Below are positions 1 through 9,926 of a stretch of 64,000 nt of DNA, piece after piece. Origin of the DNA: an uncultured Chloroflexia bacterium (GTDB lineage: Bacteria; Chloroflexota; Anaerolineae; CG2-30-64-16). Made by a program: the position numbers and the translations under genes. Positions within the stretch are counted from its first letter, which is position 1. Each line of letters starts with the position of its first letter. A model generated the notes under the pieces. The model had not been told where the DNA came from and ran no database searches. It saw only the letters and a list, made by a program, of their open reading frames with translations. The DNA is taken from contig CAWEMM010000013.1 in the NCBI GenBank assembly GCA_963810095.1, forward strand, positions 64,001 through 128,000. Direction: 5' to 3'.

Positions 1-23
1 GCAATCCGAGTTTGGCGAGGGCA

Positions 24-284
24 ATGAATTACGAGTTCAAGGCGCAAGGGGACGAGAACCGCGAGAAGGTGCACCGCGAGCGGCCCGACGTGGACGACGT
101 AACGATCACGCCGAGCCAGGCGGAGGGCGACCGTGATACCGTGGAGCGCGACCTGGGCGACCCTGGCGACGACAATTTCGGCCGCGAGGGTGGCGGTCAG
201 GGTCAGCGCCAGCCCACTCCGAGCCAAGCCGAGGGCGACCGGGCGGAGATCGAGCGCGACCTGCGCGAGAAGAGTAGCGGCTGA
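24..284 (+). CDS. small hydrophilic protein with duplicated TPSQAEGDR..ERDL motif
   Basis: ORF with ATG at 24 after a GAGG-like RBS; internal repeat TPSQAEGDRDTVERDL / TPSQAEGDRAEIERDL. Confidence 0.7.
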   Translation: MNYEFKAQGDENREKVHRERPDVDDVTITPSQAEGDRDTVERDLGDPGDDNFGREGGGQGQRQPTPSQAEGDRAEIERDLREKSSG

Positions 285-297
285 CAAGCGTGAGATG

Positions 298-397
298 GAA
301 TAGAACGCAGATTCAACTGATGCAACCGATCTGAACTGATCTCCTTGAAAAAAGATCAGTCTAGATCAGTCTGATCAACTCGATCTGCGTCCTATTC
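298..397. repeat. periodic palindromic element (..GAT units)
   Basis: Left arm gaatagaacgcagat-tcaactgat-gcaaccgat-ctgaactgat is mirrored by atcagt...atctgcgtcctattc. Confidence 0.8.
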
Positions 398-423
398 GAC
401 GTTCAATGAAGGAGTGAGTGAGC

Positions 424-879
424 ATGGCAGACCCGATTACCAAGACGATCATTGTGAAGACCGATGCGGCGACGGCCTACAACCTGTGGGCCAATTTCGA
501 AAACTTCCCGAGCTTCATGAAGTACATCGAACATGTGACCAAGTTGGGCCCCAACATGAGCAAGTGGGAGATGAGCGGGCCGCTCGGCAAGAATGTCGAG
601 TGGACGGCCGAGACGACGAAGATGGAGCCCAACCGGCGCATCGCGTGGAACACGAAGGACAACGCCAGCACGGTAACGACCAGCGGCGAGGTCATCTTCA
701 CTCCGCTGGCCGACTTCCAGACCGAAGTCACAGTGACGTTGAAGTACGACCCGCCGGCCGGCGCGCTGGGCGAGGCGGTCGCGAAGATCTTCGCGGATCC
801 GGCGGGGCGGCTCGATGAGGACCTGAAGAACTTCAAGAACTACGCCGAGGGCCGCCCGACCTCGGGACAGAGGGCGTAG
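424..879 (+). CDS. SRPBCC / polyketide cyclase-like protein
   Basis: AYNLWANFENFPSFM, EWTAE..EPNRRIAW, YDPPAGALG motifs; AAGGAG RBS. Confidence 0.9.
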   Translation: MADPITKTIIVKTDAATAYNLWANFENFPSFMKYIEHVTKLGPNMSKWEMSGPLGKNVEWTAETTKMEPNRRIAWNTKDNASTVTTSGEVIFTPLADFQTEVTVTLKYDPPAGALGEAVAKIFADPAGRLDEDLKNFKNYAEGRPTSGQRA

Positions 880-887
880 AGCAGTGA

Positions 888-919
888 AGGCATGGGGTCG
901 GGCGACACGACCCCATGCC
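888..919 (+). terminator. hairpin downstream of the SRPBCC gene
   Basis: ggcatggggtcg...cgaccccatgcc inverted repeat. Confidence 0.5.
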
Positions 920-1104
920 ACTTGCGTTCGCAGCCCGTGTTCTTCGCGCGTTTCGTGATCTTCGTGCACCTCCACGTCCTCGCGTTTCAAAACGCATGCC
1001 GTTGCGCGTCATCCTGCATCGGACTCTTGGCGAGCGAGTTGCTCCCGCCTGACCCCCGTGTTACACTGGCATGATAGCCGTTCTCATCGCACCCTGGGGT
1101 TCTC

Positions 1105-4100
1105 ATGTCCAATTCGACGATGCCCTACAACTATCGTCGCTCGTCGCGACCCGCTCCGGGTTGGCTCCGCCGAATAGTGCCTTCCCGTTTCGTGGATACA
1201 GTGGAATTGCCGCGTCCCCTGGGCTGCGGCGCCCCCGACGGCCTGCTCGATCCTGAGTTCAACTACGAGTATGTGATTGCGCTCTCCGACGAGTTCCGGT
1301 TTGTCCACGAGCCCACCGCCTTCCTGGGCGCCGACGTGTTGACGGATCACCGTTGGAGCACCGATTGCTTCGTCGGGCGCGAGCGCGAGGTCCGCCTGCT
1401 GACACAGCGAATTCTCCTCTCCCACGGGGGCGCATTTCTGGTCACCGGCTACCGTGGCGTCGGCAAAACCTCCTTTGTGAATCGCGTTGTCCAGCAGGTC
1501 AAGCTTGCATGCGAATCGGAGTGGGGCCGGCGGCGGTTTGGCTCGCTCGAAGTGGTGGACGTGCACCTGAACCTGGCGCGTGAGGTCACCCCGGGCGAAC
1601 TGATGCACCATGTTATCCGGAGCATGTACAGCAGCCTTGCAGATCGCGGCGTGCTGCCCCTGCTCGACCGGACTACGCGTGAGGCCCTGGTGCTTGCCTT
1701 CCGCCGTACATCCATTAATCTCACGCAGCGCTACATGAGCGCGCACGAACGGTCGATCGGTATCAGCCAGATTGGCATCCCCCTCAAGGGCCTCGCCGCA
1801 CAGGTCGGTCTTACGGACTCGCACTCCAAGGGCGAAGAACTCGACATGGCCTACTTGCCCTTCGACGACAAAGCCGCCGAATATGACCTGATCCAACTGG
1901 CATCGAAAATCTCGCAGGGCTACACGGGACGGTCATCGCTCGCCCGCCGCATTCTTAACGCCATTTCGGGCGTCGAACCCCCGCGCACGGCAGCTTAAAG
2001 TAATTTTCATCTTTGACGAAATGGACAAGGTCGAGGCGGTCGACAAGAAGGACCGTCTGCAAGCCGTCGACGAAATCCTGCGCGTGCTAAAGAACCTGTT
2101 CACGACTTCGGGCCTCACCTTCATCTTTGTCGGCGGGCAGGACCTGCATGAGCGGTGGCGAGACGATCTGGGTCGGGGCGACAGCGTCTACGAGAGTGTG
2201 TTCGCCTATAACCAGTATCTTCCGGCGATGTGGGACGATGTAGGGCGTCTGTGCGGCAATTGGGTCAGCGAATGGGAGGTCGGGGCGAACCGAGACGTAT
2301 ACGACCAGTTCGTTCGGTTCTTGACCTTTCAGGGGCGCGGGCTGCCGCGCGAGCATTTTGCGCGGCTTCAATCAACACGTCCACTGGGGCGAGCGTTCGC
2401 CATTTCTCGCCTTCTCGCCCCTCGAGCGGCGCCGCGTGAAGTTCTTCGCGGGGCTGCAGGCCGCGCTCGATGAACGGGAGAAGGAACTGCTGGGCGAAAC
2501 GTGGGAGGTAGTGCCCGGGGAGAGCATCGACAAAGCGCGCCTCGCGATCTACTACCTGACGGACTGGGTGTTGCAGCGTGGCGAACGGCCCTTTACCGCC
2601 GCGGATCTCGCAACCGCCTGTCGTGGCCTCAGTCCGAAGATCGCGCCGGCCGCAGAGTTGGTCGACGAGGTGGTCGACGGTCTCATTGCCACGCTCCTTG
2701 CCATCAAGTACCTGGAGGAGATCGTTCCACAGCGCGACCAGGAGGTGGTCGTCGCGAGTCCCTCCACGCTGCCCCCGCCGAGAGTATCGCGTTCCTAAGC
2801 CGCGAATCATCGAGATGGGCAGCCCGCTGGATGCTTCCGGTGAAGAGGGAACGGCATGGCAAGAGGGAACCGAGGGCAGGCGTCGTGTCGCACACTACCG
2901 GCTGGGTGACCGCTTGGGGATGGGCGGCATGTCGGAGATTTGGCGCGCGTGGGATGAACGGACCGGCCAGCAGGTCGCCATCAAGCTGCTCAACTTCCCC
3001 GATTCGTCGGCAGCAAGACGCTTCGGCCAGGAGGGCGAACTTCTTTTCAGGCTGCGCCATGACAACATTGTCCGCTGCTACGATTACAGCAACGAGCCAG
3101 GAAAGCAGTACATCGCCATGGAACTGGTCGACGGCTTAACGCTCGGGGAAATGGTCCGCTCGCTCGGCCGGCTGACGTTCGACGAGGCGGTGGCGGTGAT
3201 GCGGCCGGTCCTCAACGCTGTCGCGTACCTACACCGCAACCGCATCGTTCGTCTCGATCTTAAAACCCACAACATTATGATTGATCGCCGTGGAAGGGTT
3301 TGCCTGATCGACTTGGGGATCGCTCGGCGGCTCGATGCAACGGTCACATCGACCGCGATTATCGGCACCCTCTACTACATGGCGCCGGAACAGGCTGAGG
3401 GCAGCCAGGCCGACGGCCGGGCCGATATCTACGCCGCGGGCGTGGTGCTGTATGAGCTGACAACCGGCGCCTTTCCGCATGCCATACCGCCCGAGCTACC
3501 CGACGCCATGCCGCGCCTGCTCGACGCGCTAATACATGGGACTCCGAGGCCCCTAGAGAGCTCAGGGCCGACCTGTCGCCGGCCTTCGAAGCAGTTGTGA
3601 TGAGATGCCTGGCCAAGCGGCCAGACGACAGGTACGAAAGTGCCGAAGAGTTGCTCGGCGCGCTCCCCCGGCCCAGCGGGTCGATCTCGGTGCGCTGGTT
3701 GCCCGGGCACTGGAGCTGCAGCGGAAGCAGAGCGAGCGCGAGAGTGACATAACTGAGCCGCTGGTCTCACGTCACCGGCCGCAGAAGCAGTCGGCTCCCG
3801 TCTCAGCCACAACTGTCTACGTCAGCGGCGACACCGTCCCGCTGGCCCCGCGCCCTGCCTTCAGCGGACCATCATACCAGCCGCCCCCATCAGACATCCC
3901 AACCGAAGTGATCGCACCCGCGGCTCGTGTAGATACGGGTTCGGCGACCGTTATCGTGGCCCCACAGTTGATAGCCCCGTCAGGGGGAGGAGCCGTCCTC
4001 CTGATGACCGCCGGTCCTCGAGTGGGCCAGCTATTCCCCCTGGTCCGGCATGGTGCGACCCGGTTCGGGCGCAGCGCCGAGAACGAGATATCGATCGACA

Positions 4101-4279
4101 GCGAGAAGTGGTCGCGCTATCATGCGCTGATCGAGGAACTGGCCACCGGGTATCAGATCAGCGACCTGAACTCGTTCAACGGCACGCTGGTTAACGGCGA
4201 ACGCGTCACGTCGACGATGCTCTCGAGCGGCGACAGGATCGAGATTGGCGACGTAGTGTTCAAGTTCCGCGCCGCTTAG
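1105..4279 (+). CDS. P-loop NTPase (AAA16/KAP-like) + Ser/Thr kinase + FHA protein, split by about 5 apparent frameshifts
   Basis: FVGRE, Walker A GYRGVGKTS, Walker B VIFIFDEMDK; kinase LGMGGMSEIW/VAIK/DLK..N/DLG/YMAPEQ; FHA FGRS..N..SRYHA..DLNSFNGTLVNG; frames join near 1980, 2352, 2778, 3562, 3665. Confidence 0.7.
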
Positions 4280-4283
4280 CGCT

Positions 4284-5317
4284 TCAGACTGCCTCCACGC
4301 CAAACGTGAGCTCGTACTTCTTGCTCTCCCCCGGCTCGAGTTCGGTCAGAACGCCCTTCGCCCTGGCATCCGCACGTCCTTCCATCGCGCTGGAATTGAC
4401 AGGTTCCACGCCCAGCACGTACGAACCCTGGCCCATCATCTTCCACTGCACGAGGTAGGGCAGCGTGCCGGCGCTGAAGCGCAGCGTAGCCGCCAGCCCG
4501 GCTTCCCGGTTGGCGATGTGAGCCGTGGCGTAGCCGTCGGCTGCCGGCTCCACTTCCATGATGTAAACATGTTCGCTGAAGCCGGCGGTGGGAGGGCGCG
4601 ATCTGCGTATGCTCGCCCAGGTGCTGTTCCGCGAGGGGCGTGCGGGGGATCACCCGCCGCTTGGGGAAGTCGAGCTCGGTCGCCGGGACTGATGAGCGGG
4701 AAACCGAGGTTGAAGTGGTACATGATCATGTGCGGCTGGCGGTTCCAACCCTCGTTCGTCACCTCGTCCTCAATGCGGATCGAAGATGACCCCAGCGCGG
4801 TTCTGATCCGCCGGCGCAGCACCAGGTTCTCGCCGAAGAGACGGGTCTGTCGCACGGTGCCTGTGATCTCGAGCCGGTAGTCGTCGCCGTCCCAATAGGT
4901 CTGGTAGCCCACCTGCTCGGCCGGCAGGTTGCCGACACGCCCGTGCAACCCGAACTCCTCGCCGTTCTCCTCAGAGGGCGAGGCGAACTGGTCGAGCCCA
5001 CACGTGACGAACAGGCCACCCCCGAAGGTGCGCAGCCAGCGCAACCCTTCCGGCTCGTAGAAGGCGCCGTGGGCGAAGCCGCCGGGCGAGTTCCAGGTCA
5101 GCGACTTGCCGTTGAACGTGCAGGGGCCGATGTCAAGACTGCGGCCCGCCAGCACGTCGAAGGTGAGGCCGGATCCGGTCCAAACGTTGAACGCGCGCAC
5201 CCCCGCGCTGCGCCCATCGTCGTAGCTGATCGCACGGATGCCTGCAAGCTGATTCATGCTGCCGGTCAGCTGGCGGAGCTGCTCAGGTGTCCACTGGCGG
5301 CCGAAGAGGGTTGGCAT
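4284..5317 (-). CDS. DUF4432 / aldose-1-epimerase-like protein (two apparent frameshifts near 4685 and 4595)
   Basis: WLRTFGGGLFVTCGL, LHGR, MYHFNLGFPL, QWKMM..YVLGVEP motifs spread across three ORF pieces. Confidence 0.85.
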
Positions 5318-5496
5318 AGCGCATCTCCTGGTGTTGAGCGAGAAATGTTAGTGCGCTGTATTGTAGCCCAGACGCCGTTCATTGTGTAGGGCCAGGTGTT
5401 CCCTCGTCCCACCCTAATGCCCGGGGCGCAACCCTACCGGGAGCGCGCCGTATTCACAATTGGTACATCGCACAATCCACGGCGCTGGAGTCATTC

Positions 5497-6771
5497 ATGT
5501 CAACGCAGAAGCCTTCTCCCTGGGTCCGGAAGGGCCTCGTCATCGCCGGCCGGGTGCTTGCTTTCGTTCTGGCCGTGCTTCTTTGTCTTCCCGTGGTCCT
5601 CTTGCCATTTGCGACCGCAGTTCCCGCCTGGATTTCGATCGCGCTCATCTTCGCGGACGTGGCTCTGCTCGTGCTCTTCTTCCGCATCAAGCCGCGGTGG
5701 AAGGGCACAGCCGTTACGCTCGCCGGCGTCCTCGTGCTGGGCGTCGCAGCCGTACTCGTCTCCCAGGCCACCGCCACGACTCCGCCAATCACGGGCGCCG
5801 ACGGCAAACCGTTGCCCGGCAGCATCGCCTCGCTGGAGACGGTCGATCTCAACGGCAGCCGCCAGTGGATTTCCATTCGCGGCAAGGACGCGACCAAGCC
5901 TGTGCTCCTCTTCCTGGCCGGCGGCCCCGGTGGCACCCAGCTTGGCACCGCCCGATTTGCACTTGGCGGCCTGGAGGATCATTTCGTCGTGGTCGATTGG
6001 GAGCAGCCCGGCTCGGGAAAGTCCTTCGACGCGGTCGACCGCTCGACGATGACCCCCGAGCGCTACATTCAGGATGCCCACGCACTTATCATGATGCTGC
6101 GTCAGCGCTTCGGCCAGGACAAGGTCTACGTCCTGGGCGAGTCGTGGGGCAGCGCGTTGGGCATCATGCTCGTGCAGCGCTATCCGGAGCTGTTCCACGC
6201 GTTCGCCGGCACGGGCCAAATGGTCGCGTTTCTGGACACCGACCTGATGTGCTACGACTTTGCGCTCAAGTGGGCACAAGAACGCGGAGACGCCGGCAAG
6301 GTTGCGAAGCTCGTGACGCAGGGCCCGCCGCCCTACTACGGCCCCGGGACAAGCTGGGCTGAAGCCGCCTATCTGCTCGACACGTTCAGCTATATGAACC
6401 AGAACCCGGCCATTGCCGACAACGGCGCGAATACCTTTCGCGACCTCGGTGCGGTCGAGTACGGCCTGTACGACAAGGTGAGCTGGGTGCGCGGCCCGCT
6501 CGAGACCCTCGACGTCGTTTATCCGCAGCTATGGGACGTCGACTTCCGTAAGAGCGCGACCAAGCTGGACGTGCCGGTCTACTTCTTGATCGGCCGCCAC
6601 GACATCAATGCGCCGACGGTCCTCACCGAGCAGTATTACGAGCTGCTGGCCGCGCCCCACAAGCAGATCGTGTGGTTCGAGCACTCGGGGCATACCCCCT
6701 GGGTTTCGGAATCTGCCGCATTTGTGGATGCGATGGTGAGCACGGTGCTTGCCCAGACTCAGAGCCAGTGA
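5497..6771 (+). CDS. membrane-anchored alpha/beta hydrolase (proline iminopeptidase-like)
   Basis: N-terminal TM helices; GGPGG, nucleophile GESWG, GRHD, HSGH. Confidence 0.9.
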   Translation: MSTQKPSPWVRKGLVIAGRVLAFVLAVLLCLPVVLLPFATAVPAWISIALIFADVALLVLFFRIKPRWKGTAVTLAGVLVLGVAAVLVSQATATTPPITGADGKPLPGSIASLETVDLNGSRQWISIRGKDATKPVLLFLAGGPGGTQLGTARFALGGLEDHFVVVDWEQPGSGKSFDAVDRSTMTPERYIQDAHALIMMLRQRFGQDKVYVLGESWGSALGIMLVQRYPELFHAFAGTGQMVAFLDTDLMCYDFALKWAQERGDAGKVAKLVTQGPPPYYGPGTSWAEAAYLLDTFSYMNQNPAIADNGANTFRDLGAVEYGLYDKVSWVRGPLETLDVVYPQLWDVDFRKSATKLDVPVYFLIGRHDINAPTVLTEQYYELLAAPHKQIVWFEHSGHTPWVSESAAFVDAMVSTVLAQTQSQ

Positions 6772-6787
6772 GACCGGGAAGCAGGCA

Positions 6788-7414
6788 ATGAAGCAATCCG
6801 AGAAGGCTGCTCTGCACGACGCCTACGCAGCGGACTATGACGCCCAGGTGCAAGCCTACGGCTGCCACATCGCCGAGGTGCTGTTCGGACTGTGCTATGC
6901 CACGATCCGCCCCGGCGAGCGCCTGCTCGACGCGGGAACGGGCAGCGGACTCTCTGCCGAGTTGTTCGCCAAGGCCGGCCTGGAGATACACGGAATGGAC
7001 TTCGCCCCGGCGATGCTCGATCTGTGCCGGCGCAAGGGGTTTGCAACAGATCTCCGGCAGCACGACCTGCTGAAAGTCCCGTGGCCGTATCCAGCCGGCC
7101 ACTTCGACCACTTGATCTGCTGCGGCGTGCTGCACTTCATCCCCGACCTGGAGGGCATCGTTGCCGAAGCTGCCCGCCTGATCGTCGACGGGGGACTGTT
7201 TGCCTTCACCACTCGGCTGCCGGCCGCGCCGGTTGCCGCGACGCAGAAGTACGAACGGCAGGAGGCCGGCGAGTTACCGATCTTCTCGCACGAACCCGAG
7301 ACCGTCTGCGCGTTGTTGCTCGCGTGCGGGTTTGCCAAGCGGAAGATGCAGCGCTGTTACGTGGGCGAAGACCTGTTCGCAGTCTGGGTGGCCGAGCGGA
7401 ACGGGCGGGGCTGA
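6788..7414 (+). CDS. class I SAM-dependent methyltransferase
   Basis: LLDAGTGSGL motif I, GMDFAPAML, GVLHF. Confidence 0.9.
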   Translation: MKQSEKAALHDAYAADYDAQVQAYGCHIAEVLFGLCYATIRPGERLLDAGTGSGLSAELFAKAGLEIHGMDFAPAMLDLCRRKGFATDLRQHDLLKVPWPYPAGHFDHLICCGVLHFIPDLEGIVAEAARLIVDGGLFAFTTRLPAAPVAATQKYERQEAGELPIFSHEPETVCALLLACGFAKRKMQRCYVGEDLFAVWVAERNGRG

Positions 7415-7446
7415 GCGGCAAAGGCGCCGGCCGGGGTGAGGGCAGC

Positions 7447-7480
7447 AAAACGGCCCGGGCGAAACCGCCCGGGCCGTTTT
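7447..7480. terminator. bidirectional intrinsic terminator
   Basis: aaaa-cggcccgggcg-aaac-cgcccgggccg-tttt between convergent genes. Confidence 0.9.
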
Positions 7481-7493
7481 CGTTCCCCTTAGG

Positions 7494-8228
7494 TTATTCA
7501 GCCCGCAGGTACAGGTACGACGGGTTGGTCATGCTCACGAGACACGCGGCCCCTTCGCAGTCAGCCCGGAATTCGACCGGCTGGCCCGCCTTAACCGGCC
7601 AATCCACCGGCCCCATCGGCCCGAAGTCGATCAACTCCTGCGGCACGCCGAGCGTCACGGCCGGCTCGTTCCAGCCCGGCGTCCCGACGAAGAGCGGATT
7701 GACGCCGCTCAGCTGCAGCTCGTAGCCAGGCTGGTTGCCCGGCTCAAAAGGATCGACGTCGGCCGTCGCTGCGACCGAGGCGACGGTGGCTTGTGCAATC
7801 ACCTCAACCGGCGCGAGGCCGGGGTCGCCGGCGGTCAGGTCGACGGACCGCATTTCCACGCCGCCCCACAGGTCCTCGACCTCCAGGGTGTAGAACTGGA
7901 CCGCGGCCGTCGGACATGCCTGCTGCGTGCCTGATGCTGCGACACCCGCGCCATCAAGGAAGACCGACTTTGCATACTGGGTGGCCCAGTGAAGCGTTGT
8001 GCAGCCCCCGGCCTGCAGCGCGTAGCGGTCGGCCCAGAAACGCACCTGTGCGCCCGGGATCTGGACGAGGGGCATGAAGATCTTCACGCCTCCCGCGGAC
8101 GGCGAAATCTGGGCCGGGGGTGAAAGCGGATCTTGAGCAGGGCCCGCGGACGCTGCGGGTGCGAGAACTGCGAGCAACACCAACAGCGCGGCGCATGCGA
8201 CCAGGCCGACACGGCGACTGTTCATCAT
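7494..8228 (-). CDS. secreted hypothetical protein
   Basis: GGAGG RBS; signal peptide MMNSRRVGLVACAALL..ASA; IFMPLV motif; beta-rich body. Confidence 0.75.
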   Translation of the reverse strand: MMNSRRVGLVACAALLVLLAVLAPAASAGPAQDPLSPPAQISPSAGGVKIFMPLVQIPGAQVRFWADRYALQAGGCTTLHWATQYAKSVFLDGAGVAASGTQQACPTAAVQFYTLEVEDLWGGVEMRSVDLTAGDPGLAPVEVIAQATVASVAATADVDPFEPGNQPGYELQLSGVNPLFVGTPGWNEPAVTLGVPQELIDFGPMGPVDWPVKAGQPVEFRADCEGAACLVSMTNPSYLYLRAE

Positions 8229-8310
8229 GTTCCTCCAACTAACACAGATATGCCTTGGCAACTTGCCATGGGCGCACATTATCGCACGTGTCGTCCGAGT
8301 TGCGAAATGT

Positions 8311-9732
8311 CTACTTTTGCACCCGGAGCAGGACCTTGCCGCCTTTCTCGCGCACGGGGTATGTCCTCACCGGCGTCTTCGGCGGGGGCCGGCGCACCGA
8401 CCCGTCCTTGACGTCGAATCGTCCATTGTGCTTTGGGCACTCAATGCAGATGCCTTGCAGGAAGCCGTCGGCCAGCGAACCGCTGCCGTGCGTGCACTTC
8501 TCTTCTGTGGCGTACAACTGTCCGATCGACGTCCGGTAGATCGCGTACGCATTCCCGCCGTGCTCGAAGCGCACCGCCTCGCCGGGCACCAGCCCGTCCA
8601 GCTCGGCCACCTCCACCCAGCCCTCCGCATCGGGACGCGCGTTCGAAGTGATGGTCTGCGCGCCGGTGTGCGCGGCGGCCGACTTGGGCGCGGGCAGCAC
8701 CCGTTTCACATAGTAGTCGGCGTCCTTGGACTGGCGGATAATGGCCGGGATGACCTCCCGGTACACGCCGACCAGCCCGTGGTACGCGGGCGGGCAGTCG
8801 TCCTTCATCAGTGCGTGCAGCTTGGCGAGATTGTGGTAGGGCACCATCGGGAACATGTGGTGTTCCACGTGATAGCCCATGTTCCAGTACAGGTAGCGGT
8901 TGAGCGCATTGAGGTAGACCGTGCGGGTGTTGAGCCGGTGGTCGAGCACGTCCTCGGCCAGCCCGGCATGCTGCTGCAGGCCGTAGACGAACTGCAGCCA
9001 GTCCCCGTACAGGTTGGGCAGCCCAATGAACATGAGAGGCAGGATGCTGCGCGTCGCAATTGCCGAGGCGATGACTGCCGCGTAAATGACCAGGTAGATG
9101 CGCGCTCGCAGGTAGACCTTGCCGAATTCCGACTCGGGGATGTAGGTCTGTTCGTCGGCGGTCATGCGGCCCAGCGCGTGGCGGAACACGCTCTGATAGA
9201 AGTTGAAAATGTGGGGGATGTTGATGAATTTGAGCAGGATCTGGGGAATGGAGATGGGGCGCATCGCCCCGATCTCGCGGTCGCGACCGACAATGATCGT
9301 GTCGCTGTGATGCCGGGCATGGCTCCAGCGCCAGACCACCGACTCGCGGATGACCATGAACGATGCGATCTCATACAGCGCGTTGTTCATCCAGTCCGTC
9401 TTGAAGGCGGTCCCGTGCCCCGACTCGTGCCAGCGGGAGTCGGAGACCGACGCGTACAGCACGCCGTAAATTGCAAAGGGCAGCAACGCCCACCAGGTAC
9501 CCCATAGCAGCACACCGGCTGCGCCAAATCCTGCCAGCAGCGCGAACCAGAGCAGCGTGTCACGGATGGCGGGCCCGTCCCGCCGCTGCAGCAGCTCGCG
9601 CATCTTCTCGCGCGGGACCGGCGACGTGTACCATTTCGCGTCGGCCAGACCGCGGGCCACTGCCTGGCCGGCGCGGGGGCCGACCAAGCTATAGTCGGCA
9701 TGGGTTCTGGGGCTGGCGGTCACGGTGGTCAT
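8311..9732 (-). CDS. fatty-acid-desaturase-family (MocD-like) protein fused to a Rieske 2Fe-2S ferredoxin (MocE-like)
   Basis: His boxes HESGH, HARHH, HVEHH; Rieske CTH...CPKH; AGGAGG RBS. Confidence 0.9.
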   Translation of the reverse strand: MTTVTASPRTHADYSLVGPRAGQAVARGLADAKWYTSPVPREKMRELLQRRDGPAIRDTLLWFALLAGFGAAGVLLWGTWWALLPFAIYGVLYASVSDSRWHESGHGTAFKTDWMNNALYEIASFMVIRESVVWRWSHARHHSDTIIVGRDREIGAMRPISIPQILLKFINIPHIFNFYQSVFRHALGRMTADEQTYIPESEFGKVYLRARIYLVIYAAVIASAIATRSILPLMFIGLPNLYGDWLQFVYGLQQHAGLAEDVLDHRLNTRTVYLNALNRYLYWNMGYHVEHHMFPMVPYHNLAKLHALMKDDCPPAYHGLVGVYREVIPAIIRQSKDADYYVKRVLPAPKSAAAHTGAQTITSNARPDAEGWVEVAELDGLVPGEAVRFEHGGNAYAIYRTSIGQLYATEEKCTHGSGSLADGFLQGICIECPKHNGRFDVKDGSVRRPPPKTPVRTYPVREKGGKVLLRVQK

Positions 9733-9824
9733 CGTTGTCCTCCTGAGGGGCGCGGTCGCCTGGGAGACGATCGCGCGCTTTGCTGGCCCCTATATTACAC
9801 CACGGTCGGGCGCGGAGCGTCTCG

Positions 9825-9860
9825 GAGAATTGGAACCGGGTTCGTGAGGATTGGAACCTG
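9825..9860 (-). promoter_or_regulatory. direct repeat with 21-bp period upstream of the desaturase gene
   Basis: attggaacc at 9829 and 9850; minus-strand TAATAT at about 9792-9797. Confidence 0.5.
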
Positions 9861-9873
9861 GATGGACGGGATC

Positions 9874-9920
9874 AGCGGCGCCAGGGGGAGCGCCTCGCAC
9901 GCGCTCCCCCTGGCGCCGTT
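9874..9920 (-). terminator. hairpin downstream of alkaline phosphatase
   Basis: cggcgccagggggagcgc...gcgctccccctggcgccg. Confidence 0.6.
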
Positions 9921-9926
9921 GGCCAG

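Noticed and set aside
3595-3605. TGA in the kinase ORF as a selenocysteine codon (tRNA-Sec is in the window)
   Set aside because: The kinase C-terminal motif (MRCLAKRPDDRY) continues in a different frame, so this is a frameshift; no convincing in-frame Sec codon was seen in the window
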